Positions 38,778 to 49,494 of a stretch of 64,000 bases of DNA are shown here, piece after piece; within the stretch, counting starts at the first letter, position 1, and each line of letters opens with the position of its first letter. The stretch is from Chitinophaga pinensis. GTDB taxonomy: Bacteria; Bacteroidota; Bacteroidia; UKL13-3. The position numbers and the translations under genes were made by a program. The stretch covers positions 43,565 through 107,564 of the forward strand of contig CAMAWM010000001.1 in NCBI GenBank assembly GCA_945861965.1, given 5' to 3'. Below the pieces are notes generated by a model. The model did not search any database and had not been told where the DNA came from. It saw only the letters and a list, made by a program, of their open reading frames with translations.

Positions 38778-40469
38778 TTGAAAAAAATTAAAAATATAAA
38801 ATCACAATCATTGATTGAATTATGCTTAGTAATAATTCTTGCTTTCTTGTTGAATTTTGTTTTAAGCAATTATTTTTTCAGAATTGATTTAACAAAAGAG
38901 AATAGATTTTCCTTATCAAATGCGAGTAAAAATTTAGCAGCCAAAGTTGTTGAACCAATGTATGTGAAAGTTTATCTTGAAGGTGAATTTCCTGCTGATT
39001 TTAAAAGATTGCAACGATCGGTAAAAGAAATGTTAGATGAGTTTAGTGTTTATTCAAACGGAAATATTCAGTATGAATTTATTGATCCATTTGTAGATGC
39101 TAATGATAAAAAATCAAACGACATTATTCAAGAACTTGGTGGAAAAGGTTTGCAAGCTACAAGTGTTCAAGTAAAAAAGGATGATGAATTTTCGCAAAAA
39201 ATAATTATTCCGGGAGCGCTGATTTTATATAAACAAAGAGAGATTCCACTTAATTTATTGAAAGGTCAATTTGGTGCTGCTCCAGAAGAAACAATAAATT
39301 CATCTATCGAATTGTTGGAATATGAAATTGCAAATGTGTTACGCAAATCAGTTCAAACCAAAGCAAATAAGTTGGCACTTTTGCGTGGTCATGGCGAATT
39401 AGAAAAGTGGGATATTGCTGATGGACGTGCAGAACTTGAATTGTTTTATGATGTTGAGGATTTAGATGTGACACAAGTTCCACCTCAAACTTTAAATGAA
39501 TATGTAGGAATAATAATAGCAAAACCAACAATTCCATTTACAGATTTCGATAAATTTAAAATTGATCAATACATCATGAATGGTGGCAAAGTGTTGTGGT
39601 TGATGGAATCTCAATCAGCCGAAATGGATAGTTTGATGAAAACCAATATGTTTTTTACTTCTTCATTCAATCATAATCTTGACGACATTTTATTTAAATA
39701 TGGTGTTAGAATAAATCAAAATATTGTACAGGATTTGCAATGCGAAGCCATTCCCATTTTAAGTGGAATGAAAGATGGAATGCCACAGCAAAAACTTTTG
39801 CCATGGGTGTTTTATCCAGTAACACCGCCATCTGGTGTGCATCCAATAATTAAAAACATTGACCATATCTGGTTTCAATTTGCATCATCAATTGATACGA
39901 TTCCAAATTCAAAAATAAAAAAAACAGTTTTGCTTCAATCCTCATCCTATTCTCGAGTTGTGCCAGCGCCAGTTCGCATAGATTTGGAAATTGCACGATT
40001 GAATCCCGAACCAGAGTTGTTTAGGACAGGAGGAAATAAAATTCTTGCGGTATTGTTAGAGGGCGAATTCAACTCGATTTTTCAATACCGATACGATGCA
40101 ACAAAAAATCCAGAATTGCCTTTCAAAGAAAAAATTGAAAACGGAAAAATGATTGTGGTAAGCGATGGAGACATTATTAAAAATCAACGTAAAAAAACAA
40201 CAGGTGAAATTTTTCCTTTGGGTTTCAATCGATTTACTCAACAACAATTTGGCAACAAAAGATTTCTGTTAAACTGCGTTGATTATTTATGCGATGAAAG
40301 TGGAATCATTGAAATTCGTAGTAAAGAAATTACACTTCGTCAGCTTGATAAAGCTAAAGTAAAAAAAGAAAAGAAAATGTGGCAACTTGTAAATATTGCC
40401 GTTCCCATCGTTTTGGTTTTATTATTTGGATGGATGAACAGATTAATACGAAATAAAAAATACGCATAA
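38778..40469 (+). CDS. gldG: GldG-like gliding-associated ABC transporter accessory protein
   Basis: 563 aa with an N-terminal TM segment and a C-terminal TM segment (IAVPIVLVLLFGWM). Size and gene context match GldG. Confidence 0.6.
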   Translation: MKKIKNIKSQSLIELCLVIILAFLLNFVLSNYFFRIDLTKENRFSLSNASKNLAAKVVEPMYVKVYLEGEFPADFKRLQRSVKEMLDEFSVYSNGNIQYEFIDPFVDANDKKSNDIIQELGGKGLQATSVQVKKDDEFSQKIIIPGALILYKQREIPLNLLKGQFGAAPEETINSSIELLEYEIANVLRKSVQTKANKLALLRGHGELEKWDIADGRAELELFYDVEDLDVTQVPPQTLNEYVGIIIAKPTIPFTDFDKFKIDQYIMNGGKVLWLMESQSAEMDSLMKTNMFFTSSFNHNLDDILFKYGVRINQNIVQDLQCEAIPILSGMKDGMPQQKLLPWVFYPVTPPSGVHPIIKNIDHIWFQFASSIDTIPNSKIKKTVLLQSSSYSRVVPAPVRIDLEIARLNPEPELFRTGGNKILAVLLEGEFNSIFQYRYDATKNPELPFKEKIENGKMIVVSDGDIIKNQRKKTTGEIFPLGFNRFTQQQFGNKRFLLNCVDYLCDESGIIEIRSKEITLRQLDKAKVKKEKKMWQLVNIAVPIVLVLLFGWMNRLIRNKKYA

Positions 40470-40507
40470 CAATAAACTCATTACTAAAAATAGTTATATA
40501 AACTTTC

Positions 40508-41512
40508 ATGAATCGTTCAATTAAAATCCTGCTAATACTATTTATAGCAACTGTCGCAATTTATTTTTTATTTGTTCGTAAACCTTGGACAACAATTAAA
40601 GGAGAGTTGAAAGATTTTGCAATTAAAGACACTTCAAACGTTACACAAATTTTTATTGCAGACTTGAATCATCAATCAGTTACACTTATAAAACAACAAA
40701 ACAATACTTGGAAATTAAACAAAAATTATATTGCAGATAATTCTAAAATAAAGTTGTTGTTGCAAACCATTCACGATGTAAATGTATTGCGTCCTGTATT
40801 TCCAAAAGAACACAATACTGCCATTGCGGATTTAACAACTCGCGGATTAAAAGTAATTTTTTATAAAGGTGAAAATGTGCTAAAGACAATTTATGTTGGC
40901 TCGGCAACACCTGAACAAACCGGCACTTACATGTTAATTGATGGCAGTGCATCTCCTTATGTAACACATATTCCAGGATTTGTCGGTTTTCTAACTCCTC
41001 GATTTTTTGCCGAAGAACTTAAATGGAGAAACAAATTAATTTTTGATTACAAACCGGAAGAAATTAGGTCGATAAAAGTAAGCTTTGGAAATTCTGAAGG
41101 AAGTTTTTCAATTGATAATTCGGAGAATGAATTTCCGATTTTAAAAGATGGTAATGGAAACATAAAACAAATTTTGGACCTGAAATATTTAAAATATTAT
41201 GTTGCAAGTTTCAATCAACTTTATTGCGAAGGTTTTGATGTTGAACACAACATGGAGTTTAAAGATTCTGTTTTTAAAACACCTGTTTTTTGCACTTTGA
41301 TTGTAACAGATAAAAACGGGAAAAGCAATAAACTTCAACTTCACTTAAAAGCAAGTGATATAAAAACGAAAGAACAATTTGATGAAAATGGTTATCCAAT
41401 TTCAAACGATCCGGAAAAGTATTTTGGATTTATAAATGATGATAAAAATGTAGTTTATATTCAGAAGTATAACTTCGGAAAAATAGTGTTAAAATCTACA
41501 GATTTTAAATGA
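40508..41512 (+). CDS. DUF4340-like protein commonly found downstream of gldG
   Basis: 334 aa with an N-terminal TM anchor; positioned directly after the gldG-like gene. The family assignment is from recall only. Confidence 0.4.
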   Translation: MNRSIKILLILFIATVAIYFLFVRKPWTTIKGELKDFAIKDTSNVTQIFIADLNHQSVTLIKQQNNTWKLNKNYIADNSKIKLLLQTIHDVNVLRPVFPKEHNTAIADLTTRGLKVIFYKGENVLKTIYVGSATPEQTGTYMLIDGSASPYVTHIPGFVGFLTPRFFAEELKWRNKLIFDYKPEEIRSIKVSFGNSEGSFSIDNSENEFPILKDGNGNIKQILDLKYLKYYVASFNQLYCEGFDVEHNMEFKDSVFKTPVFCTLIVTDKNGKSNKLQLHLKASDIKTKEQFDENGYPISNDPEKYFGFINDDKNVVYIQKYNFGKIVLKSTDFK

Positions 41513-41557
41513 TAATTAATCTTGTCTTTTTATGAGCCAAAACTTATGTTTGCCTAA

Positions 41558-42628
41558 ATGAATTTTAAATCCGATTGCATACATTTTAAAGGACATATTC
41601 CTTGCAAACCGCACAAACAACATGGATATCATTGCGATGATTGCAAGGTTTACGAGAAAGTTTCGAAACGAATTTTAATTATTAAACTTGGTGCAATTGG
41701 CGATGTAATACGTACAACTCCGCTTGTAGTTAAGTTCAAAGAATTGTATCCATTATGCAAAATTACTTGGCTTACTTGGACGCCAGATATTCTGCCTCAA
41801 AGTAAGATTGATGAAATTTTGAAATGGGATTTTAATTCAATTTTATATGCTCAAAATTCAAATTGGGATATCGCCATAAACTTAGATAAAGAAAAAGAAG
41901 CTGGAGCACTTTTAAAAATAGTAAACGCCAAAGAAAAGTATGGATTTGTTTTGAATGAAAATGAAATTCAACCATTGAATGACTTAGCAATTCATAAATT
42001 TTCGACAGGTGTTTTTGACGATGTAAGCAAAGCAAATACAAAAAGCTACCTGCAGGAAATATTTGAGATTTGTGGTTTAACACACAATGGAGAACCGTAT
42101 CTTATAGATGCTCACGATGACAAAGGGTATAAGTGGGATTTGCCATTAGACAAAAAAATTATTGGATTAAATACTGGTTGTGGTGGCAGATGGACTACAA
42201 GATTGTGGAGTATTGAAAAGTGGGTTGAATTGATAAAAATTTTAAGAAAACAAGAACCAAATGCTGAGATTTTATTGTTAGGTGGAGAAGCAGAAGATGT
42301 AAGAAACAAAGAAATTCAGAAACTCAGCGGAGCAAAATATTTGGGTTATTTTAGTTTGAATGAGTTTATTAATTTAGTTAATCGTTGCCACTTAATAATT
42401 ACTCAGGTAACAATGGGAATGCATATAACACTTGCGCTGGGAAAGAAAATAATTTTGATGAATAATATTTTTAATCCCTACGAGTTTGATTTATTTGGAA
42501 ATGGAGAAATTGTAATGCCAAATAAAGAATGCAAATGTTTTTACCGCGGAGCCTGTGTTGATGGAACAAGCTGCATGGAAGAACTACCTGCTCAAAAAAT
42601 TGCAGATGCAGTTGCTAGGCATTATTGA
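41558..42628 (+). CDS. Glycosyltransferase family 9 (heptosyltransferase-like) with terminal Cys clusters
   Basis: GT9 N-terminal motif ILIIKLGAIGDVIRTTPL. An extra N-terminal C-x7-C-x10-C-x2-C segment and a C-terminal CKCFYRGACVDGTSC segment are present. Confidence 0.75.
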   Translation: MNFKSDCIHFKGHIPCKPHKQHGYHCDDCKVYEKVSKRILIIKLGAIGDVIRTTPLVVKFKELYPLCKITWLTWTPDILPQSKIDEILKWDFNSILYAQNSNWDIAINLDKEKEAGALLKIVNAKEKYGFVLNENEIQPLNDLAIHKFSTGVFDDVSKANTKSYLQEIFEICGLTHNGEPYLIDAHDDKGYKWDLPLDKKIIGLNTGCGGRWTTRLWSIEKWVELIKILRKQEPNAEILLLGGEAEDVRNKEIQKLSGAKYLGYFSLNEFINLVNRCHLIITQVTMGMHITLALGKKIILMNNIFNPYEFDLFGNGEIVMPNKECKCFYRGACVDGTSCMEELPAQKIADAVARHY

Positions 42629-42636
42629 TAGCGATT

Positions 42637-43269
42637 TTAAGGGGTAAATTGAAACTCGTTTTTCAATTCCGTCAAGGTTTTATTTACAACATTTACATAC
42701 ATATTTATATTTGTAAAAGGTCTGTTGTTTGAGTTTTTAGGTTGGGCAGCAATGATGTCTGCAATGTTCATTCCGCCAATTATTTTTCCGAAAACAGTGT
42801 ACTCGCCATCCAAACTTTTTTGCCCTAAAGTATTTACAACAATATAAAATTGAGATCCACTAGATGCTCTCAAAGGATTGCTTGAATTCCCTAAACGAGC
42901 AGCACCAACAGCCCCATAAATGTGTTTGAATTTTGATGAATCAATTTCTGCAGGAATTGTATATCCAGGGCCACCTTGGCCGTCATTATTTGGGTCGCCA
43001 TCTTTACTGTTTGGATCTCCACCCTGAATTACAAAATTTGGAATGATTCTGTGAAATGTTGAATTGTCAAAATAATGTGTATCCGCAAGTGCTAAATAAT
43101 TATTTCTATGCAAGGGCGTTTCTTTGTAAAGCCACATATACATATTGCCAAAGGAAGTTTTTATTTCTAAAATTTTTTCGGTTGGTCCTGCTGTAGGATT
43201 GTTTTCTTCTTTGCTACACGATAAAAACGCACTTGAAAAAACAAGAATCAAATAAGATAATTTTCTCAT
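42637..43269 (-). CDS. Cyclophilin-type peptidyl-prolyl cis-trans isomerase lipoprotein
   Basis: Lipobox AFLSC and a cyclophilin signature (FHRIIPNFVIQGGDP). Confidence 0.88.
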   Translation of the reverse strand: MRKLSYLILVFSSAFLSCSKEENNPTAGPTEKILEIKTSFGNMYMWLYKETPLHRNNYLALADTHYFDNSTFHRIIPNFVIQGGDPNSKDGDPNNDGQGGPGYTIPAEIDSSKFKHIYGAVGAARLGNSSNPLRASSGSQFYIVVNTLGQKSLDGEYTVFGKIIGGMNIADIIAAQPKNSNNRPFTNINMYVNVVNKTLTELKNEFQFTP

Positions 43270-43443
43270 AAGTATAAAATTTTCTCAAATCTAATTTTTT
43301 ATTGTAAAAATCAAATTGCAATAAAAATTTAAGTCATCCAATTACTTTTTCAAACTTTTTTATTTATGCGTTTAGAATTTTACATTTGCATACTTTTTCA
43401 CCCCCGCAGTTCATTCTTCGGGGGCTAATTTATTTTTACTGAT

Positions 43444-46400
43444 TTGAAAATACAAGAGCTTTTATCGCTTTATAGTACAAGCGAAAAAATACAAAATTTA
43501 AATAGCAGGATTAATCAAAAATCCAGAAATCGAATTTGTCTAAGTGGGCTAATTGGCTCGGTTGATGCAATTGTTGCAGCATCTACTTTTCAATTAAATT
43601 CTCGTACTCAACTCTTTATTTTTAACGATGCAGAGGAAGCAAAATATTTCCAAAACGATTTGGAAAACTTGTTAGAAGGCAAAAAGATTTTATACTTTCC
43701 GCCATCCTACAAACGAAGTTTTCAAATTGAAACTTTAGACAACAACAATGTTCTTGAAAGATCAGAAGTTCTCAATAAATTGACATTAAAATTGTCAAAA
43801 GGCGATTTGATTTGTACAACTGCCGAAGCATTGTCTGAATTGGTAATTAGCGAAGAGGATTTAACAAAAAATACCTATGAATTAAAAGTTGGAGATAAAT
43901 TTGATTTAGAATTTTTCATCGAATTTTTAACAGAACATTCGTTTGAAAGAAAAGATTTTGTATACGAAGCCGGTGAATTTAGTATTCGTGGAGGAATAAT
44001 AGATGTGTATTCATATAGCAACGAACATCCTTACCGAATCGAATTGAATGGCGATTTTGTTGAATCTATCAGAACTTTTGATACGTATAATCAATTATCA
44101 ATTAAAAAAGTTGAACGATTTTTTATTATTCCTAATATTCAGAAAGATATAGATACAACAGCTAAAAAAACTTTTTTTAATTATCTGAAGAACGATACAA
44201 TCATCTGGACAAAGGAATTACAACTTAGCATTGATTTGATAAAAAATGCAGAAGAAAAGTTGATCGTTAATGAAAAGTCTAAACGGGATTCAACATCAAA
44301 AAAATACGCGACTGATTTCATCAATTCCGAACAATTCATTAATTCAATAAAGAATTTTTCGATTGTTGAATTTGGGCTGCGAAATTATTTTAAAGACGAT
44401 CAGAAAATTGTATTTGAAATTTCGCCACAACCTACATTCCATAAAAATTTTGTTTTGTTGAATGAAAACTTAAAAAAAAATCAATCTGAAAACTTCAAGA
44501 ATTTAATTTTTAGTGATAGCGCGCGGCAAATTGAAAGACTCTATAGTATTTTTGATGACCTTGATAAAACCATCGAGTTTGCTCCAGTTTATCATGCTTT
44601 AACAAATGGATTTGTCGATAAAAATTTAAAAATTGCTTGTTATACCGAACATCAAATATTTGATCGATTTTATCGTGTAAGGTCAAGAAAGTATTTCAGC
44701 AATTCAAAAATAATTACACTAAAAGAGTTAAGCGAATTAAAACCTGGAGATTTTGTAACTCACATAGATCATGGCATTGGAAAGTTTGCAGGATTGGAAA
44801 AAATTGAAATCAATGGACGAATTCAAGAAGCCGTTCGATTGGTTTATAAAAACGATGATTTACTTTATGTAAGTATTAATTCGCTGCACAAAATTACTCG
44901 TTATACGGGAAAAGATGGTGTTGAACCACGATTGCATAAACTTGGAAGCGACACTTGGGAAAAATTGAAATCACAAACCAAGAAAAAAGTAAAAGACATA
45001 GCTCGTGATTTAATTAAATTGTATGCTGCACGAAAAGCTCAACCAGGATTTCAATTTAATCCAGATAGTTATTTGCAAGCCGAACTTGAAGCAAGTTTTA
45101 TTTATGAAGACACACCCGATCAAATATTAGCAACACAGGATTTTAAAAAAGACATGGAATCTCCGCATCCAATGGACAGATTAGTTTGTGGTGATGTTGG
45201 ATTTGGAAAAACGGAAATCGCTATTCGAGCAGCATTCAAAGCGGTTACAGATAGCAAACAAGTTGCTGTGTTGGTTCCAACAACAATTTTGGCCAATCAA
45301 CATTTTCGCACTTTTAAAGAGAGATTAAAAGATTTTCCATGTACAGTTGATTACATCAATCGCTTTAGAAGCTCTGCTGAGCAGAAACAAATTTTTGGAA
45401 AAGTACAGCAAGGTAAAATTGACATTTTGATTGGGACGCATCGAATGTTGAGCAAAGATGTAAAATTTAAAGATTTAGGATTGTTAGTGATTGATGAAGA
45501 ACAAAAATTTGGAGTAAGTTCAAAAGAAAAAATTAAATCATTAAGAACAAATGTAGATACGCTTACGCTCACTGCAACGCCAATTCCACGCACTTTGCAT
45601 TTTAGTTTAATGGGAGCTCGCGATTTGTCAATCATAAATACAGCACCTGCCAATCGACAAGCAGTTTCAACCGAATTGCATAATTACAACGATGACCTGA
45701 TTAAAGAAGTTGTATTGAAAGAAGTAGAGCGAGGCGGTCAAGTTTTTGTTGTACATCATCGTGTCAAAGACATTTATGATTTTGCAAATAGAATTTCAAC
45801 ATTGTGTTCAGGAGTAAAAGTTGGTGTTGCACACGGGCAATTGGAAGGAGACAAATTGGAAGATGTAATGATGAAATTTATTGAGGGCGAATACGATGTG
45901 TTGGTTGCTACAACTATTATTGAAAGTGGATTAGATATTCCCAATGCAAATACTATAATAATTAATAATGCGCACATGTTTGGACTTAGCGATTTGCACC
46001 AAATGCGTGGTCGTGTGGGTAGAACAAATAAAAAAGCATTTTGTTATTTAATGGTTCCTAGTATTTCAACTTTAACTGCTGATGCCAAAAGAAGATTGCA
46101 AGCCATTGAAGAATTTAGTGATTTGGGAAGCGGGTTTAATGTTGCTATGCGTGATTTGGATATTCGTGGTGCTGGAAATTTATTGGGGGGAGAACAAAGT
46201 GGATTTATTGCTGAAATAGGATTTGAAATGTATCACAAAATATTGGATGAAGCAATTCGCGAACTTAAAGAAGAGGAATTCAACAGCTCTCCAATTAGTG
46301 AAAATGAAGAAACAAGTTTTAATGAAAGAGGCAGTAAAAATATAAATACAAGTTCTGCTTCATTATTGAATAAAAATTATTCGGTTGAAACAACAATTGA

Positions 46401-46854
46401 AACAGATTTTGAAGCATTAATTCCGGATGAATATGTTAGAAATATTGGTGAGCGCTTGGCGTTGTATAAACAATTATCAGCGACACAAAATAAAGACGAG
46501 TTAATTAAAATTTCGAATGAAATGCGAGATAGATTTGGGCCGCTTCCTTTACAGGTTTTAGATTTAATTGAAGTAATTAGCTTACGAGATATTGCGAAAA
46601 ATCTTGGATTCGAAAAGTTGGTTTTAAAGAATAAGAGGCTAATTGCAACATTCCCAAACGAAAAAAATCAAAACTATTATCAAAGCGAATTATTCAGCGA
46701 AATAGTAGAATTTGTTCAATCAAATTCAATGCGATGTAAATTAAAACAATCAGATAAAATACTTCAGTTGTTAGTTAACGGAGTGGATGAAATAATTGTC
46801 GGAAAAAGATTTATGGAAAATATTTTACAACAAATAAATTCTAATAGGCCTTAG
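43444..46854 (+). CDS. mfd: Transcription-repair coupling factor
   Basis: 1136 aa with a UvrB-homology N-terminus, a RecG-like translocase ([31 protein letters not shown]) and a TRG/CarD domain. The start is a TTG. Confidence 0.93.
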   Translation: MKIQELLSLYSTSEKIQNLNSRINQKSRNRICLSGLIGSVDAIVAASTFQLNSRTQLFIFNDAEEAKYFQNDLENLLEGKKILYFPPSYKRSFQIETLDNNNVLERSEVLNKLTLKLSKGDLICTTAEALSELVISEEDLTKNTYELKVGDKFDLEFFIEFLTEHSFERKDFVYEAGEFSIRGGIIDVYSYSNEHPYRIELNGDFVESIRTFDTYNQLSIKKVERFFIIPNIQKDIDTTAKKTFFNYLKNDTIIWTKELQLSIDLIKNAEEKLIVNEKSKRDSTSKKYATDFINSEQFINSIKNFSIVEFGLRNYFKDDQKIVFEISPQPTFHKNFVLLNENLKKNQSENFKNLIFSDSARQIERLYSIFDDLDKTIEFAPVYHALTNGFVDKNLKIACYTEHQIFDRFYRVRSRKYFSNSKIITLKELSELKPGDFVTHIDHGIGKFAGLEKIEINGRIQEAVRLVYKNDDLLYVSINSLHKITRYTGKDGVEPRLHKLGSDTWEKLKSQTKKKVKDIARDLIKLYAARKAQPGFQFNPDSYLQAELEASFIYEDTPDQILATQDFKKDMESPHPMDRLVCGDVGFGKTEIAIRAAFKAVTDSKQVAVLVPTTILANQHFRTFKERLKDFPCTVDYINRFRSSAEQKQIFGKVQQGKIDILIGTHRMLSKDVKFKDLGLLVIDEEQKFGVSSKEKIKSLRTNVDTLTLTATPIPRTLHFSLMGARDLSIINTAPANRQAVSTELHNYNDDLIKEVVLKEVERGGQVFVVHHRVKDIYDFANRISTLCSGVKVGVAHGQLEGDKLEDVMMKFIEGEYDVLVATTIIESGLDIPNANTIIINNAHMFGLSDLHQMRGRVGRTNKKAFCYLMVPSISTLTADAKRRLQAIEEFSDLGSGFNVAMRDLDIRGAGNLLGGEQSGFIAEIGFEMYHKILDEAIRELKEEEFNSSPISENEETSFNERGSKNINTSSASLLNKNYSVETTIETDFEALIPDEYVRNIGERLALYKQLSATQNKDELIKISNEMRDRFGPLPLQVLDLIEVISLRDIAKNLGFEKLVLKNKRLIATFPNEKNQNYYQSELFSEIVEFVQSNSMRCKLKQSDKILQLLVNGVDEIIVGKRFMENILQQINSNRP

Positions 46855-48319
46855 CAAACAAAACCCTTTGTGTAGAAGGGTTTCCGCTAAAAATACATTT
46901 GCCATTTTCTTGATGATTATTTAATGGAATACAACGAATAGTTGCTTTTGTTTTTTCCTTTATTTTTTCTTCAGTTTCGCTTGTTTCATCCCAATGTGCC
47001 GAAACAAAACCAGTTTTATTTTCAAGTGCATCAATAAATTCATCCCAAGTATTTACTGTAGTGATATACTCTTCGCGGAAATCGAGCGCTTTTTGATAAA
47101 TATTTTTTTGAATTTGTTCAAGCAAGTGTTCAATTTTATGATCTAAATCTGAAGCACTCATCACTTGTTTTTCTTTGGTATCTCTACGTGCAACTTCAAC
47201 CGTCTCGTTTTGTACATCGCGAGGTCCAATTGCAATTCTAACAGGAACGCCTTTTAATTCATACTCTGCAAATTTATATCCAGGCGAAATGTTTTCACGG
47301 TCATCAATCTTTACAGAAATATTTTTTGCGCGCAATGCTTTTACATACAAATTCACTTTTTCTAAAACCAATATTCGTTCATCTTCTTTTTTTGCAATTG
47401 GAATTATTACAACTTGAAAAGGTGCGAGTTTTGGCGGCAAAACCAAACCTTCGTCATCGCTATGGCTCATAATTAATGCGCCCATTAATCGTGTTGAAAC
47501 TCCCCAAGAAGTTGCCCAAACAAACTCTTGTTTATTTTCTTTTGTTAGATATTTTACATCAAATGCTTTTGCGAAATTTTGACCTAAAAAATGAGATGTT
47601 CCCATTTGCAAAGCTTTTCCATCTTGCATCAATCCTTCAATACAATAAGTTTCCAATGCGCCTGCAAACCGCTCCTTGGCTGTTTTCACACCTTTAATAA
47701 CTGGAACTGCCATTACATTTTCTGCAAAGTCAGCATAAACATCCAGCATTTGTTCTGTCTCTTTTATTGCCTCATCGGCTGTTGCATGTGCCGTATGTCC
47801 TTCTTGCCATAAAAATTCTGTGGTTCGTAAAAACAATCGCGTTCTCATTTCCCATCTTACCACATTTGCCCATTGATTAATTAAAATGGGTAAATCGCGA
47901 TACGATTTTATCCAGTTTCTGTAGCTGTTCCATATTATTGTTTCAGAGGTTGGTCTAATGATAAGTTCTTCTTCCAACTTTGCTTCAGGGTCAATTACAA
48001 TTTGTTTTGTGTTTTCATCAACCTTCAATCGGTAGTGAGTAACAACAGCACATTCTTTTGCAAATCCATCTACATGACTTGCTTCTTTACTGAAAAATGA
48101 TTTCGGAATAAATAGCGGAAAATATGCATTTGAATGTCCAGTTTCTTTAAATCTTCTATCTAATTCGGCTTGCATTTTTTCCCAAATTGCATACCCATAA
48201 GGTTTAATAATCATACAGCCTTTTACATCTGAATGCTCAGCTAAATCAGCATCCTTCACCAGATTGTTATACCACTCCGAATAATTTTCGCTGCGTTTTA
48301 TTTTTTTAAATTCTGCCAT
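46841..48319 (-). CDS. proS: Proline--tRNA ligase (archaeal/eukaryote-like type)
   Basis: [50 protein letters not shown]. Its 3' end overlaps the mfd 3' end by 14 nt, convergently. Confidence 0.92.
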   Translation of the reverse strand: MAEFKKIKRSENYSEWYNNLVKDADLAEHSDVKGCMIIKPYGYAIWEKMQAELDRRFKETGHSNAYFPLFIPKSFFSKEASHVDGFAKECAVVTHYRLKVDENTKQIVIDPEAKLEEELIIRPTSETIIWNSYRNWIKSYRDLPILINQWANVVRWEMRTRLFLRTTEFLWQEGHTAHATADEAIKETEQMLDVYADFAENVMAVPVIKGVKTAKERFAGALETYCIEGLMQDGKALQMGTSHFLGQNFAKAFDVKYLTKENKQEFVWATSWGVSTRLMGALIMSHSDDEGLVLPPKLAPFQVVIIPIAKKEDERILVLEKVNLYVKALRAKNISVKIDDRENISPGYKFAEYELKGVPVRIAIGPRDVQNETVEVARRDTKEKQVMSASDLDHKIEHLLEQIQKNIYQKALDFREEYITTVNTWDEFIDALENKTGFVSAHWDETSETEEKIKEKTKATIRCIPLNNHQENGKCIFSGNPSTQRVLFAKAY

Positions 48320-48440
48320 TTTCCTATTGATTTCACTTTAATAAAAAAGTGTTGCGAAAATAAGAATTAACTCTGAAGAAAAACACAATAATTAAAGCGT
48401 AAAAAGTTTGTTTGCTAAAACCAATTCTGCATGAATGCAA

Positions 48441-48863
48441 TTATTTAAGATTAAATATTTCTTTTGTTTGATCAATAGAAAATTCAATAAGCTGTTTTAA
48501 AATTTTCATGTCAATGTCTTTAAGTTTATTGACATAGAGACAACTCACTCCAATTTTGTGTTTGCCTAGTTTTTTCAAAAGTTCAAAGGATTCAATTTTA
48601 AAACAAGTCAGGTAAAAGGAGATGCTTTGTTTGCGAGGTGAAAATGCAACAATTGGCCAATCTCCTTCTCTGCCGCTAGCAAATTTGTAATGATAGTTTC
48701 CAAAGCCAATAATGCTGCTTCCCCACATCACAGGATTTTCTTTTGTAATTTTTTTCATGAGTTCTAAAATAACAAAACTGTCTTTTCGTTTTTCTTCATC
48801 CGTTATTTTATTTATAAAATCCACAACATTTTCTTTTTCGGGTTTGGTTTTATTTTCAGCCAT
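48441..48863 (-). CDS. DUF1801 (YdhG-like) domain protein
   Basis: PVMWGSSIIGFGNYHYKFASGREGDWP is typical of DUF1801. Confidence 0.55.
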   Translation of the reverse strand: MAENKTKPEKENVVDFINKITDEEKRKDSFVILELMKKITKENPVMWGSSIIGFGNYHYKFASGREGDWPIVAFSPRKQSISFYLTCFKIESFELLKKLGKHKIGVSCLYVNKLKDIDMKILKQLIEFSIDQTKEIFNLK

Positions 48864-48874
48864 TGTCGTTTTAT

Positions 48875-49396
48875 TTATAATTTGTTTTTCATTGCTTCGT
48901 TCATCATTTTGTAATCAATTTTTCCATTGTTTTCTTTCAAATGATTTAGTATAGCGATTGCTCTTCGAATTCGAATGTCCATTCCTTTTGGCAACCCAAT
49001 AATGTGAAGCAATGTTCTTTGCTTTCCTGGTGTAAGTGAATGAAAAAGCTCATTCCCTTCATCGTCTAATTTTAGTAATTCTGCTAACTCCTCAGGCATT
49101 GGCAATCCATACTTGCTGTCGTCTTTTGTTAATTGTACATTTATCTCAGAACTGGAATTCAGTTTTAATTTATCCCGCGTTTTTTTATTCACATTAATAA
49201 AAAAACCACCGCCTTTTTTATGCATCAAAGCGCATTGAATTTTTTCTGAATCATTAATTATACAAACCACTCTTTTTGATTTTTCAGACACAAAAACAGT
49301 TGCAATTTCATTAGGCACTAAAAAATAATAATACAAAAGGTGTGAGTCGAATTTTTCTAAAACGGCAGTGAAGGTATTTTTAGGTGCTTTTTTCAT
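48875..49396 (-). CDS. DUF1905 / YdeI-OmpD-associated family protein
   Basis: N-terminal DUF1905-like beta domain and a C-terminal YdeI-like helical region (LFHSLTPGKQRTLLHIIGLPKGMDIRIRRAIAIL). Confidence 0.5.
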   Translation of the reverse strand: MKKAPKNTFTAVLEKFDSHLLYYYFLVPNEIATVFVSEKSKRVVCIINDSEKIQCALMHKKGGGFFINVNKKTRDKLKLNSSSEINVQLTKDDSKYGLPMPEELAELLKLDDEGNELFHSLTPGKQRTLLHIIGLPKGMDIRIRRAIAILNHLKENNGKIDYKMMNEAMKNKL

Positions 49397-49494
49397 CCTG
49401 CAAAATTTAAATGCAAATATATCTTAATCCAATAAAAGTTTGTTTCAGGTTTAAATCAATTTTTTAACTTCGCCCAATAAAAATTTTTAAATAA

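Noticed and set aside
42648-42672. Hairpin aattgaaa-ctcgt-ttttcaatt between the convergent GT9 and PPIase genes
   Set aside because: It lies inside the PPIase coding region, has a short 7-bp stem and no clear T-tract, and is not convincing as a terminator.
43401-43430. GC-rich hairpin cccccg-cagttcattctt-cggggg in the divergent PPIase/mfd intergenic region
   Set aside because: It stands out in AT-rich DNA, but it is in a promoter region with no gene ending nearby, and no matching motif occurs elsewhere in the window. Noted only.
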